This document shows, piece after piece, positions 44,405 to 58,097 of a stretch of 64,000 nucleotides of DNA. The position numbers and the translations under genes are program-made. The notes under the pieces are model-generated. The model ran no database searches. It was not told where the DNA came from and saw only the letters and a list, made by a program, of their open reading frames with translations. The stretch's first letter is position 1. Each line of letters opens with the position of its first letter. Origin of the DNA: Eledone cirrhosa (Eukaryota); NCBI GenBank assembly GCA_964016885.1, contig OZ024748.1, positions 57,226,001 to 57,290,000 of the forward strand, read 5' to 3'.

Positions 44405-44600
44405 GATAATAATTGTTTCTACTTTTGGCACAAGGCCAGCAATTACCCAGTGTATTACTGGTACTTTATTTTATCGACCCCGTAAGGATGAAAGGCAAAG
44501 TGAACCTCGGCGGGATTTGAACTCAGATCGTAGAGGAACGTAACTATGCTGGAAAGCATGGCGTCCGACTCTCTACCGATACTGCCAATCCACCACCCTC
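44405..44600 (-). mobile_element. Same Deu/Nin-like SINE with TSD acgaataat; further copies at 43673-43850, 43990-44190, 45893-46098 (-) and 18597-18750, 30494-30625, 54853-55050, 59668-60015, 62090-62220, 62413-62580 (+), plus fragments
   Basis: Direct alignment by eye between copies. Confidence 0.88.
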
Positions 44601-45371
44601 ACGAATAATAACAATAATAGTGCAATGAAACTGTTGTGACTAAATCTCCTGTAATTTCAGAAGGCTTGTTGTTAGCTCATGATGACTAAAAAAGTCTAGA
44701 CATGATAAAATAGTGGAAATAATTGACTGGAATATTAGCAAGATATTTGGCTTTACATGCACAGAAAAGAACTGTGACTATTTTGTGAGAACAGAAATGT
44801 AAATTCTAGGAGAAAAAAAAAGAAGAAAAATTAGACAGCTATGGGTCTTTTCCATACAAACTGACAGGAAAGGTGTCAGAGAATGACAAAACAACCATAT
44901 TCTGGGATACACTGTGGAAGCCCATTGCTTATATCTATATACCTAAAACATAATGTGTGTGTGTGTCTGTCTGTCTGTCTGTACATGATATTGGATTCAA
45001 ATTGCATTGGTGCAAGTTCAAGATGCTGTCATGAACACTTTATTTTTATAAACAATTCACTACCCAGTCATGCATCAAGTGCTCATATTGAAACCACCAC
45101 CAGTAAATCACTGAATCACTTATATACATATATGGATATATAGATATAGCAATATATACATATATGTATAAGTCTGCGAGTCTCTTTGTTCTGTTAGTTC
45201 AGAAAAATCTTGAGCCAAAACTAATTCTCTTGTAGTATGGTCCCAAACATTTCAACCAGGTGTGAGTGGAAAATGAGTCAAGCAAATTAATCAGATAGAA
45301 TATTTATACATATATTTGCCAGGAGGTGCTATTAAATTAGACATGGGTAAAATTGGCTGAAGCCTATCAAA

Positions 45372-45406
<35 letters not shown>

Positions 45407-45692
45407 GAGTGAGTGAATGGGTATGTGCGAGTGAGTCCATGGTATTGTTAGTTAATGTCCTGTAACTTGAGTTCAGCAAACAGAGGCCAATAAAATAAGT
45501 ACTAGACTTGAAAAACTAAGTCCTGAGTTAAATATGATCAACTATATCTATTGAAGGATGGTGCCTTAGCATGACTGCAGGTTGTTCACTGATACCAGTG
45601 AAAAAGTAAAATAATATGAAGGCTACAGTGAGTTGTAGGAGAGGATGTTCCATAATCTGGAGAGGATACAACACCATTTACACTCTGCACAG

Positions 45693-45854
45693 TTAGTAAA
45701 TTGACAAATTAGAGTTTCGCGTTGAGCCTGTTCTAGTGGATCCATTATAAGTAGCATTTTTATCATCCTCTTCATCTTCGTCATCATCATCATCATCGTC
45801 ATCATCATCATCATCGTCTTCATCATCGTCGTCGTCGTCAACATCCTGGAAGGT
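45693..45854 (-). CDS. CIBAR1: FAM92/CIBAR terminal coding exon with acidic poly-Asp tail (TFQDVDDDD...KNATYNGSTRTGSTRNSNLSIY*)
   Basis: Strong acceptor tttttgtgtttttgtag, 162 nt to TAA, phase 0; candidate AATAAA at 45039-45044 on the minus strand. Confidence 0.8.
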   Translation of the reverse strand, partial: TFQDVDDDDDDEDDDDDDDDDDDDDEDEEDDKNATYNGSTRTGSTRNSNLSIY

Positions 45855-46195
45855 CTACAAAAACACAAAAAGAAATAACAGAATAAGCAAATAATGGTTT
45901 CTGATTTAGGCACAAGGCCAACAATTTTGGGGGAAAGGAAAGTCGATTAAATCAACCCCAGTACATTACTGGTACTTTATTTTATCGACCTCCGTAAGGA
46001 TGAAAGACAAAGCTAACCCCCGGCGGAATTTTAACCCAAAACGTAAAGGGTCATAACTCTATGCTGCTAAGCATGTCCGACGCTCTACCGATTCTGCGGA
46101 TTATAAGTAGTTGTTGAATGACCTGTAAGGAACTAGTTACCTATCAAAGATGAAATTTATTAATGTTCCCATATCAAGAAACATTCAGTACTTAC

Positions 46196-46339
46196 CATAA
46201 CCGAAGACATCGTTTGTGGGATCTTGCCAAGCGAACTGTTATCGGGCTTCGTCAAGTTTGGGGAACTTTCTGCAGATGCCTTTTGAGCCATTTCCATTCG
46301 AGACGAGAACATTGGAGGGTGTATATGTTTCCGAAATTC
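46196..46339 (-). CDS. CIBAR1: FAM92/CIBAR coding exon (EFRKHIHPPMFSSRMEMAQKASAESSPNLTKPDNSSLGKIPQTMSSVM)
   Basis: ctttacag acceptor, gtaagt donor, 144 nt, phase 0; start resembles VFRNSLYAPDYSSRLD. Confidence 0.88.
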
Positions 46340-46950
46340 CTGTAAAGTTATATTGAATTAATGGTGAGAGAGAGAGAGGCCTCCAACACAGACACACATA
46401 TATATTGGTATTCATTCTGGTTCACTCCATTCTGAGATCATATCCTGTCAAAGTCAATTTTGCATTTCATCCTTTCATCTCTTGCTTTCTCTGTTCTCAG
46501 GAAGAAATCAATTGTGTTTTTAGCCTGGAGACAGATATTCTAAAACAATCCAGATATGCTTTCATGAGCTTTGGTTTCTTCCATAGAGTTGCTCTACAAA
46601 ATGATATTGGGTGCTTATCTTTCTTCCCTATGGTCAAGTTAAATATAACCACAACAACAACAAAAGCCATGTGTTTGCTTATATAACTAGGGCTCATACA
46701 CATCAACATAAGACATGTTTTGTCTTGGAACGTTTCAACTTTGCATCTGAAAAGAGGACAAGAGCCCTGAAATATCATGTTAAATCACTGGGTAAAACAT
46801 TATTTTGTTTTGTTTCATTTGTCATCATTCACCCTTCATATTTTTCTACTAGATTGTAACATTGTACCGATTTTAAGAAAAAAAAAACAATTATCGGTCT
46901 TTTATCCACAATGCTTCATATGAACTACACTACAATATAAGGCATAATAT

Positions 46951-47168
46951 TTAACCCTTTAATGTTCAAACCGGCCAAAACCCTCTACATCTTTCTGTTG
47001 AAACTGGCTGTAACTGGTCACTCAAACTGATGTTAAGGTATTGTTCTCAAAATAAATACTTTCAAAATCTTACAGATTCGATATTATGTGAGATAATTAT
47101 GCGAGGTAAAGCCTTTACCATGAAAATATAAAAGTATATATAGAGTAATGTGAATGCTAAAGGGTTAA
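46951..47168 (+). mobile_element. piggyBac-like MITE; copies at 52961-53190 and 62690-62918, partial at 57240-57303
   Basis: TTAA TSDs and CCCTTT...AAAGGG TIRs. Confidence 0.88.
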
Positions 47169-47200
47169 GACTGTATTGTTTATAACAAGATGCTTCTTAC

Positions 47201-47314
47201 TTCAAGATCTTCTTCCACATTGATATCTGAAAGGTTCTGAAAACATATTGTGTACAATTCCAAAGCTTTGCAGTGGAACATCATCTCAGTCCTTACAAAA
47301 TTCACTAAAACTTT
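47201..47314 (-). CDS. CIBAR1: FAM92/CIBAR coding exon (KVLVNFVRTEMMFHCKALELYTICFQNLSDINVEEDLE)
   Basis: ttttcttttgtag acceptor, gtaaga donor, 114 nt; carries the FAM92 signature EMxFHxKALExY...EDLE. Confidence 0.95.
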
Positions 47315-47835
47315 CTACAAAAGAAAACAAATGAAAAATAATGAAAGTAAAGTTATGATCCAAACACAAGCTTAACGATAACAAAGATAGTTACATTACT
47401 AAATCGCTCCAAATTCTTTATTATTTTCAATATTATTAAAAAATCATAGACATGTCTTTTATTAGACATGTTTATCATCATCATTTCATTTTACATCCGC
47501 TTTTTCCCTGCTTGCAATGGTGGGATGGGAACTGATTCTGGTTTGATTTCTACAGCTGGATGCCCTTCCAAACACCAACCTCATTTACAGTGAGTGCTGG
47601 GTGCTTTTTTGCCATGGCACCTTCACGACCACTTTGCAGTGGAATGATATGGACCCCAGTCCCTATCATCTCATTTCTACAGCTGAGTAAACTGGAGCAA
47701 TGTGAAATAAAGTGTCTTGCTCAAGGAAACAACACATCAGCCAGTCTGAGAATTGAACTCACAACCTTTCGATTGCAAGCCCAATGCTCTAACCACTAAG
47801 CCATGTGCCTCCATGAAAGTGTTAAACTTATATAC

Positions 47836-47940
47836 CTTCATATCAGTCAACTTCTGTAATTCAAATGCATCCATTTCTTTCTCCAGGGCCTTACTACATC
47901 TTGTAGCCTCAACACTTGCCTTAGCATAATCTGCTTTAGC
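47836..47940 (-). CDS. CIBAR1: FAM92/CIBAR coding exon (AKADYAKASVEATRCSKALEKEMDAFELQKLTDMK)
   Basis: ttctctgttgcag acceptor, gtatat donor, 105 nt, phase 0; resembles [35 protein letters not shown]. Confidence 0.92.
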
Positions 47941-48783
47941 CTGCAACAGAGAAGGTAGGAAGACATATTAAACTTTCTTGGTCAATTTTCTTTATACAGT
48001 ATATCAAGAACTATATGAGCCAATATGCCTTATAATAGGTAGACTGGTTACATATAGGTCTTCTTATTGGCTTGGTTGCCTAATTTTATTCAAAAGTTTT
48101 TCAAATATTTCCCCTAAAACCTTTACAAAAATATTCCTTTTTGAAAATTTTGCTCAATTTTTTTTTTTATTTTAAAAATTTTTTCAAAAATTTTGCCTTA
48201 AAATATAATTTTTAATTTTTCTTAAAAACTTTTTCAAAAACTTTCCACAAAAACTTTTACAAATATCTTAATTTTCTTTAAATTTTTTTCAAAGACTTTT
48301 TTCAAAAAAGTTTTCAAAATTTTTTTGTAAAACCTTTTCAAAAATGTTCCTTAATTTTTTTAAAGTTTTTTGAAACATTCCTCAAAACTTTTTCAAAACC
48401 TTTGTCAAAAACTTTTCAAAACTCTTCCAAAATTTTTCTCAAATATTTTTGAAACTTTTTCAAACATTATTCAAAATCTTTCTTCAAAATTTTCTTAAAT
48501 TTAAAGAAAAATTACTCAAATTTTTTTTTAATATTTTTCATTATCATCATCATCATCATCATCGTTTAACGTCCATCTTCCACGCTTGCATGTGGTTTTC
48601 ATATTTGTTTTAATTTCCTACATTGTTTTATTAAGATGGGGTGCACCAAGGAACACATTATTTAATGCGTCCTTCTTTTCTAAAGCACTAGTGTAATTTG
48701 AGGGATATTTAACTGCTATTTCTAACAGGTCAAGTGCCAGCCTTATGTGTATGCATGATATGTATTTGCATATATATGCACAT

Positions 48784-49894
48784 CCTCAGCATTCTCGTGT
48801 AGCACCCATCCACCATCTGAGTGAGTTTCTTGGTCAGTGTCCAAGTCTCAGACCCGTACAGCAGCACAGACTCCACTACAGCAATGAAGAGGCAGATTTT
48901 CAGGTCTTTTACGAAGGTCCGACTTCCACACCAATCTCAAGCTGTGGTACGCCGCCCAGGCTTTGCTCTTCCTCTCAACCACATCATCTTCTGTATTCCT
49001 GATCTTTTCTCCCAAATACAGGAAGTCCTCAACCAATTCTAGCAGCTTCCCGCCTACATTAGTGATCCCCTCTGGCTTCTCAACATTCTCTACCACAAAT
49101 TTTGTTTTAGTCTCATTCATTCTCAGCCCCACACTCATCGACACAGTCTCAACCTCATCATATCCTCTGCCCCCTTCACTGTATTTGTCACCAAAACTAT
49201 GTCGTCAGCAAATTCAGCATCCGATACCTTTTTCGCCCCAACTCTCCTGCTCTGGGCCGGTGCTACAGTAAAGCCAGACTCCTGGTGTTTCTCCAGTGCA
49301 AGGCGCATACAATAGTCCACTACGATAATAAAAAGGTAGGGAGCCAATGTATCTCCCTGGAGCACTCCAGTCAGTATCTCAAAGAAGTCTGTTATCCCAT
49401 CAGGGGTAATGACTTGGGTTTTGGTGTAGAGCAGTGATATCAGGTCAACTATCTTCTTAGGGATTCCATAAGCCTGTAAGATCTTCATCAGGCAGTGACG
49501 GTCCACAGAATCAAAGGCCTTCCTAAAGTCAATGAAAACCATGACCGCAGGAAGGCACTTTGCTCTAGCTCCCTCTAATATTCTCCTCAGCATCAGGATG
49601 AAAAACTCAGAGCTGTATGGGAGCCTCCCAAAAGTCAGCTCAAAAGTGACACAGAGGAGACTGAGGTTAGCTGGACATGCTCACCGACAGCCAGAGTTGA
49701 CATTGCACTCAGTGCTCCTGTGGCAGCCCCTACATGGACACACTGGAAGAGGAAGACCAAGGTTAACGTATGTTGATGCCCTAAGGACAGACACTAGTCT
49801 GTTGGAGATGCGGGACATGGCAGCGATAATGAGGGACAGAGACCGTTGGAGAGAACTCGTCCATGGATCTTGGGAATTTTACCCGTCCTAGAAA
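48784..49894. mobile_element. RTE-type LINE with a 5' inversion: RT domain on - (48784-49594), 3' end on + (49595-49894)
   Basis: FIDFRKAFDSV, GVLQGDTLAPYLF and FADD motifs; RRLRLAGH...GRGRPRLTY; TSD atatatgcacat at 48772-48783 and 49895-49906. Confidence 0.92.
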
Positions 49895-50449
49895 ATATAT
49901 GCACATGTATTCATGCATGTTTGTGTATATGTGAAGTGTCTCAAACTATTTTAAGTAAATACATAAGAGTTAGTTAATTTAAGTTTTTACACATTGCATT
50001 CTTTATTGAAGCCTCTGAATATTTGTGTGCTCATATATGTGGGTCTGTATGTGAATCTGTCTGTCTGTACCTGTATGTGTGTGTGTGTGATTGTTGTGAT
50101 TATGTGTGTACTTACACATGTGCATGTGTGTTAGATTGAAGCACATTTCATAAATTAAAATCTAACAATATATAAACGAAAAGAAGCATATGGAAGAGGA
50201 AATGAAAGCTTATGAAACCCACACCACGAAAGGAAAGTAAAATAAAAACAATGATACTTACTGTGAGGATTTAAAATAAAATGAATCAAAGCAAAATAAA
50301 ATGAAATAAAACAAAAACTGCAGAACTGAAAAGGAAACAACTTCAACAGAAGTGGTACAAATACTAATGAACCAATCCCATATCTTAAATATACGAAGTA
50401 AAAAAATTCCTAAAAATCAAAAACAAAAAAAGCATGTCACTAGAAACAG

Positions 50450-50508
<59 letters not shown>

Positions 50509-50704
50509 TTTGACAATCACCACAGACAGACGAATGCGAGAAAGTTCTCCAACCCAACTTAACCAGGAATCTCTAAAATTCTTCCCACCAAAGTTAACAA
50601 AGAACTTACTGGATCTACCAACTCATAATATTATAATATTATATTATAACATTAAATCATAATTTTTTTAACACTACATGTGAAGTCATTCTTTTCCTTT
50701 TTCA

Positions 50705-50754
<50 letters not shown>

Positions 50755-51030
50755 TATTTTGTTTAAGGGGGCAGTGGAATGAAAGCCTCCTAGTCTTCAT
50801 TAAGTCATCTCTCTAGAAGTTCACTCTGATGTAAAACCTGCAACTTCATTTGTATCCAATGACATACACCAGTTCTACTTTTTGGATAAATGCATTCAAT
50901 GTTCAGAGAGTGGGATTGGCTCCATGCAAAGCCTTTCCTCACTTAAAAAAGCTTGAAGAACAAGCATTTCTTGCTATGTGACATCTTAAGTATCAAGCGA
51001 TAGCATTACTCTAAATTGAGTTGCAGCCAT

Positions 51031-51067
<37 letters not shown>

Positions 51068-51235
51068 TCACATGAAATGTTAAAACCTTCTTCCTGCTGT
51101 TTCAAGCATTAAACTAATATATTCCTTCCATATACTGTACTGTTTGTGTTGTTCTTTCGGTTTACCTTTTACATGCATACATATATATTATTGATATAGT
51201 TTATATTCAATATGTTATGAGAACAATGCAGTAGG

Positions 51236-51271
<36 letters not shown>

Positions 51272-51496
51272 AGGGATACAGTATGTTATGACAGGAGTAC
51301 GGTGTAATAGAGTATGTTATGATGTTAGGAAGATGTGTTATGACCGATATCGTGTGATGACAATGATACAGTGAGATACAGCATGTTATAATGTTAGGTT
51401 GATGTGTTATGACTGCTATCATGTTAGGATAGCAGTATAGTTGGATAAAATGGTATGGTATTACTAAGATGTGTTATCACCAATATTAATGCAAGT

Positions 51497-52316
51497 GTTA
51501 TACCAGGGTAGGGAGAAAAACATGGGTTATACAATGGTAGGGAGAAAAACATGGGTTATACCAGGGTAGGGAGAAAGACATGGGTTATACAATGGTAGGG
51601 AGAAAAACATGGGTTATACCAGGGTAGGGAGAAAGACATGGGTTATACAATGGTAGGGAGAAAAACATGGGTTATACCAGGGTAGGGAGAAAGACATGGG
51701 TTATACAATGGTAGGGAGAAAGACATAGGTTATACCAGGGCAGGGAGAAAATACAAGATATACCAGGGTAGGGAGAAAGACATGGGTTATACCAGGGTAA
51801 GGAGAAATACATAGGTTATACCAGGGTAGGTAGAAAAACATGGGTTATACAATGGTAGGGAGAAAGACATAGGTTATACCAGGGTAGGTAGAAAGACATG
51901 GGTTATGCCAGGGTAGGGAGAACGACATGGGTTATACCAGGGTAGGTAGAAAGACATGTTATACCAGGGCAGGGAGAAAATACAAGATATACCAGGGTAG
52001 GGAGAAAGACATGGGTTATACCAGGGTAGGTAGAAAGACATAGGTTATACCAGGGCAGGGAGAAAATACAAGATATACCAGGGTAGGGAGAAAGACATGG
52101 GTTATACCAGGGTAGGTAGAAAGACATAGGTTATACCAGGGCAGGGAGAAAATACAAGATATACCAGGGTAGGTAGAAAGACATGGGTTATGTCAGGGTA
52201 GGGAGAACGACATGGGTTATACCAGGGCAGGGAGAAACATATAGGTTATACCAGGGCAGGGAGAACGACATAGGTTATACCAGGGTAAGGGAGAAACATA
52301 TAGGTTATACCAAGGT
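51497..52316 (+). repeat. 29-bp G-rich minisatellite (gggttataccagggtagggagaaagacat), about 28 units
   Basis: Direct reading. Confidence 0.95.
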
Positions 52317-53589
52317 AGTGAAATAGCATGGTAGAGAGATAAACAGAAATTATAACAATGGTGGTATATCAAAACAACATATACCACTGCAGAGATATAT
52401 CATTGCAGTGTGACAACACAAGATATACCACTGCAGTGATATAACACAAGATATACTATTGTAGTGAGATGATCTGCTACATATCTATAGGTAGATAAGC
52501 AGAATTTATAACCATAGTGGTATGTTAACACAACTTATACCAGTGAAGTGTGATAACACAAGATATACCATTGTAGTAAGATGTTAAGCTACATATCAAT
52601 AGGTAGATAGATATGTTATAACCATAGTGGGGTGATAACAAAACATATACTATAATAGTAAGACAGCATGACAGACGCCAGTACTAAGAGATAAGCATGA
52701 ATTATTGCATTATAGTAAGATAACAACAATTATTGGACATCTGATTTTAGAGGCATTTACCTCCTTGTTTTATTTCCATACAAACATTTTGGTGCCATGG
52801 TAACCAGCACCCAGTCATCACTGTAATGTGGTTGGCACTATGAAGGACATCCAGCTGTAGAAACCAAACCAAAATACAGATCCATATGAGTATGACATTG
52901 TCTCCAAACCTGACTTGTCTTATAACCCGTCTAATCCATGCAAGTGTGGAAAAATAGAAGTTAACCCTTTTAGCATTTAAACCAGCTGTATCCAGCCAGA
53001 ATTCTCTCACCTCTTTTTGTTCAAACTGGCCGTAATTAGCCACTCATACTTATGTTAAGGTGTTGTTCTCAAAATAAATAATATCAAAATCTCATAGATT
53101 CGATATTATGTGATATAATTATGTACGATAAAGCCTTTACCATGAAAATATAATAGTAAATATAGAGTAATGTAAATGCTAAAGGGTTAAATGGTGATGA
53201 TGATGACGATGAAGATGATGATGATGGTAGTGAGTGAGATAGCATGAGTAGTATCAGTATATATATCATATGATAGCATTAGTTATAGAGTTATAGTTAC
53301 ATCATTAGTAATGGTATTAGTATAGCAAGTAGCATGAAATACCAAATTATGGCACCAGCGTCGTAAATGATATCTAAGCATAAATTTTTAGCAGAAAGAA
53401 AATAAAGGAAAGCTGCAAAGCATTTCTTAGTCTAGAGACTGGTGTGGGATATTTTAGTAACACACTTCTATTTCGTTTATCAGCCATATTTACCATGGAA
53501 GATAAAGAAGAATAACAAGAGCAAAAATAGATTACCTACAGTGATCCAATAGTTGACTGATTCAACTAGAAAAAAAACAGAGTTATTAC

Positions 53590-53595
53590 CTGAGA
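53590..53595 (-). CDS. CIBAR1: FAM92/CIBAR 6-nt microexon TCTCAG (Ser-Gln)
   Basis: Minus strand reads TTTTCTTAAC-cactacc-AG|TCTCAG|GTAATA; supplies exactly the SQ between HQI and AKAD (recalled human: RHVI-SQ-AETE). Confidence 0.85.
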
Positions 53596-53640
53596 CTGGT
53601 AGTGGTTAAGAAAATATTGAAATCCAGTAAATAGACACTC

Positions 53641-54710
53641 ATGATGGTGATGATGGTTATGGTGATGATGGTGATGGTGATGATGGTGATGGTGGTGATC
53701 GTGATGGTGATGGTGATTATGGTGGTGATGGTGATGATCGTGGTGATGGTTATGGTGATGGTGATGATGGTTATGGTGATGATGGTGATGGTGATGATGG
53801 TGATGGTGATGATCGTGATGATGGTTATGGTGATGGTGATGATGGTTATGGTGATGATCGTGATGATGGTTATGGTGATGGTGATGATGGTTATGGTGAT
53901 GGTGATGATGGTGATGGTGATGACGATGGTGATGGTGATGGTGGTGATGGTGATGGTGATGATGGTTATGGTGATGATCGTGATGATGGTTATGGTGATG
54001 GTGATGATGGTTATGGTGATGGTGATGATGGTGGTGATGGTGATGGTGATGATCGTGATGATGGTTATGGTGATGGTGATGATGGTTATGGTGATGATCG
54101 TGATGATGGTTATGGTGATGGTGATGATGGTTATGGTGATGGTGATGATGGTGATGGTGATGACGATGGTGATGGTGATGGTGGTGATGGTGATGGTGAT
54201 GATGGTTATGGTGATGATCGTGATGATGGTTATGGTGATGGTGATGATGGTTATGGTGATGGTGATGACGATGATGATGATGATGTTAGTGGTGGTGGTG
54301 ATGATGATGATAGTGTTTGTGATGGTGGTGATGATGGTGGTGGGGGAGGTGATGATGGCGGTGGTGGTGGTGGTGGTGGTGGTGGTGGTGGTGGTGGTGG
54401 TGATGATGATGATGATGTTCGTGATAGTGATCGTGATGATGGTGGTGTTGATGATGATGTTGGTCATGGTGGTGATGACGATGATTATGTTGGTGATGAT
54501 GATCATATTGGTGGTGGTGGTGATGATCATGGCGGTGGTGGTGATGATGGTCATAATCATGGAAGTAGTAATGAACATTATCATGGTGGTGGTGGTGATG
54601 GTTGTGATGATGATGATGATGATGATAGTGGTGGTAGTGATAATGTTGATGTCTATTAGGAGAAATATGATGATGAAGATGGTGTTGATAATGATAACGA
54701 AGACAGTGAT
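53641..54710. repeat. (GAT/GGT)n trinucleotide array with higher-order duplications
   Basis: Direct reading; ends about 26 nt from the U12 branch site. Confidence 0.95.
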
Positions 54711-55689
54711 GGATTGCAAAATCATTTCACCATCAAACAAAAATGCTTTACATCTGTTAATTGCTAACTAGGCTCTTCCTTCAGTGTAGTTAACCCCCTC
54801 CCTCCAGAGTGTAACAACATAACTTTTAGTTTTAATATATATCAGAAGATAAGGTGGTGTGTTCGGTAAAAATGGTGTTGGATAAAATGCCATTGCAGTA
54901 TTTGTTCTGGCTCTTTACATTCTGAGCTTAATTCCCAACTAGCTCAACATCCCAGGGTTGATAAAATTAAGTACCAGTAATATACTGATGTTGATTTAAT
55001 CAACATTGCCCCTCCCTCAAACTTACTGCTCTTGTACCTAAATATAAAATCAATATGTGATAGAAAGGGCATCCAGCCATAGAAAGCTTGTCGAATAAAG
55101 GGTTGGGAGGACCCTTCAGTCATGTCAAAGAAATGGCAAACCCTCCTGTGCACTTGGTATAATGAGGGACTGTACGGAAGCAAGATGAACAGACCCCTAG
55201 CTTATTTGGGAGGTCAATAGCCCCATTTCAGTACTAACCTGGTCTATGTAGTCTCGTTGAACCCTTGTTAGCGGGGAAAGTGGATATTAAAACAACAACG
55301 ACAATATGTGCCAGAATATGAATCCTAGTGGTTAGTGTGTTAGGCCCATGCTTGTAAGGTAGTGGGTTTAATTTCCAGCTTGCATGGCATATTATGTCTT
55401 TGAGCAAAACACTTCATTTCACATTAATTTAGTGAAAGAATCCAATACCCACAGCAGCTGTAGGTTAACCCTGCAACAAACCTTGCATCCTGTCCACTGG
55501 GAAGACATGTATTGTCAGTCACTTAACACCGATGAAAACAAGACAAGCTCTGGCCTGATAATCTTCTGGACTTGAGACACACTTTCACAAATAAAACAGT
55601 ATAAGATTTTGCAAATGAGAGGAGTCAACCTCCACAATCTATCAAAAAAAAATATCACATGAAATATTTTTATGCAAACAGAAGTTCTA

Positions 55690-56820
55690 ACAGAAGTAAT
55701 ACTGTTTGCTACAAACTATGCTGCATGTAATGTGGTATGGTGTGGTGATATCAAGCAGGGATGATAACATATAATAGGTGGTTAGGGTGGGTAGGGAAGT
55801 AAATATCACACAAGCTATACTGTAACAAACTGTGTACAATTGGGATGGTATCAAGCAATATGTCACAGACGTTATAGTGTTATAAACTGGTGATTTCAAG
55901 CAGATAACACAGAAGCTTATCATTGCAAATTAAGAGTGGATTTCTAGTCACAAATTGTATTGGTTGTGGTGATATCAAAGTTATTATCAAAGAAATTTAT
56001 CATCAGAAATTGTGATGGACAGTGGTGATATCCAAGTGATTATCAAAGAAAGTTATCATCATAAATTGTGATTGACTGTGGTGATATCAAACAGTTATCA
56101 AATAAGATTTTTTTTTTATCATAATCTGTGAATGGATGTGGTGATATGAAGCAGATATCAAAGAAGCTATTATAATTTTCAAATCGTGAATGGTAGTATT
56201 GATAACAAGTAGATATCACATATGCAATACTGTTGTGTTGTGGTGTGGCGTTATCATGCAGGTATAACAAACTATAACACATTAAGGTAGGTGGGAAGAA
56301 AAATATCACACAAGTTATATTGCTACAAACTATGCATGGCTGTTGTGATATCAAACAATACGTCACATATGGTATATTGTTAGGAACAGTGATTGGCTGT
56401 GGTGATACCAAGCAGATACCATAGAAGTTTATTGCTATAAATTGTTAGTGACTGTGGTGATATCAAGCTATAATATCACAAACTGTGAAAGGGTCAGTGT
56501 GATATGAAGTAGATATCACAGAGATTTACAATAAATTATGAGTGACTGTAGTGATATTAGGCAGATAACGAATTTTATTATTGTAAATTGTCAGTGATAT
56601 TGGTTATATCAAACAGATCACAGAAGCTATAATTCTACAAACTGTGAAGGAGTGTGGTGATATTAAGTATATATAACACATGCAATACAGTTACAAACTA
56701 TACTATTTTGTGGTGAGATAATATCAAGTAGGTATGACAGAAATATATTGTTATAAAATGTGACTGTGGTGATATCAAGCTATAATTTCACAAACCGTGA
56801 AAGATTGTGGCAATATCAAT
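55690..56820. repeat. Old degenerate tandem repeat of about 60 bp (tgtggtgatatcaagcagatatcaca...)
   Basis: Recurrent gtggtgatatcaa motif at roughly 60-bp spacing. Confidence 0.7.
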
Positions 56821-57419
56821 AAGATATTGATGAGCAGATTGATACAAGAGTCTACCATATCAATTAAGATCTCGAGCCAATCATCTATGAAACATGCGTC
56901 ACGTTCAATAGAGAATAAAAAAAAAAGTGAAACTTATTTTTTTTTTGTTCTCACATACATATTGTAAAGACTGCTAACTAGAAAGATATAATACGACACT
57001 GTACAGACAACACAATCACTATTAGTATCACCACGTTTAAGTAGTAGCATTGAGTGCTAGCATTAGTGCTTTCTACAGTAACTAAAAAACATTACGAAAT
57101 AATCTACATGTACCATCATCATCATCATCGTTTAACGTCTATCTTCCATGCTAGCATGGGCTTAGACGGGAATTGTCCCACTTGAGGTAAGATTGGTCGT
57201 CTTGCTCGTATGGGACTGTCTGGCAGGTTCTCTACAGCCTGTTTGAACAGAAAGGTGAGAGAATTCTGGCCAGATACAGCCGGTTTAATTGCTAAAGGGG
57301 TTGAACAATATTATTATATCTATACATTTTTATCTATCTACCAACCATTACCCACAGTGGTAGATGTATCCTTCCAAATTTGCCTACCATATGACAGGGA
57401 ACTCTCTAGTGTGTATATA

Positions 57420-57620
57420 CAGGGAGCTTCAAACAATTTGATATCAACTGAGATGTAAATATCCCAGAAACTACAGGAGTGAGTTAGTGTTATAATGTTG
57501 GCTAATATTGAGGAATAAATATTATGCTGCTCAACATTAAGCTTGCTCAGTCACGTCCTTGACTTTGTAATTTCTGGGATATTTACATCTCAAATGATAT
57601 CAACATTTTGAAACACACTG
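57420..57620. mobile_element. Tc1/mariner-type MITE with about 55-bp TIRs and TA TSD
   Basis: TA-cagggagcttcaaa...tgagatgtaaatatcccagaaa / tttctgggatatttacatctca...ttgaaacacactg-TA. Confidence 0.8.
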
Positions 57621-57678
57621 TATATGTGTGTGTGTATATATATAATTATATATATATATATATATATGATGATGATGA

Positions 57679-57720
<42 letters not shown>

Positions 57721-57847
57721 ATATATATATATATATGATGATGATGATATATAGATATATATATGTGTGTGTATATATATATATATATATATGATGATGA
57801 TGGTATATATATATATATTTATGTGTATATATATATATGTGTGTGTG

Positions 57848-57910
<63 letters not shown>

Positions 57911-58036
57911 ATATATGTATGTGTCTGTGTGTGTGTATATATATATATATATATGTCTGTGTGTGTGTCATCATCATCATCATCATCGTTTAACGTCCGT
58001 GTTCCACGCTTGCATGGGTTTGTGTGTATATATATA

Positions 58037-58097
<61 letters not shown>

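Noticed and set aside
53586-54771. 384-aa and 376-aa ORFs (IT-rich and MV-rich)
   Set aside because: Trinucleotide repeat inside a FAM92 intron
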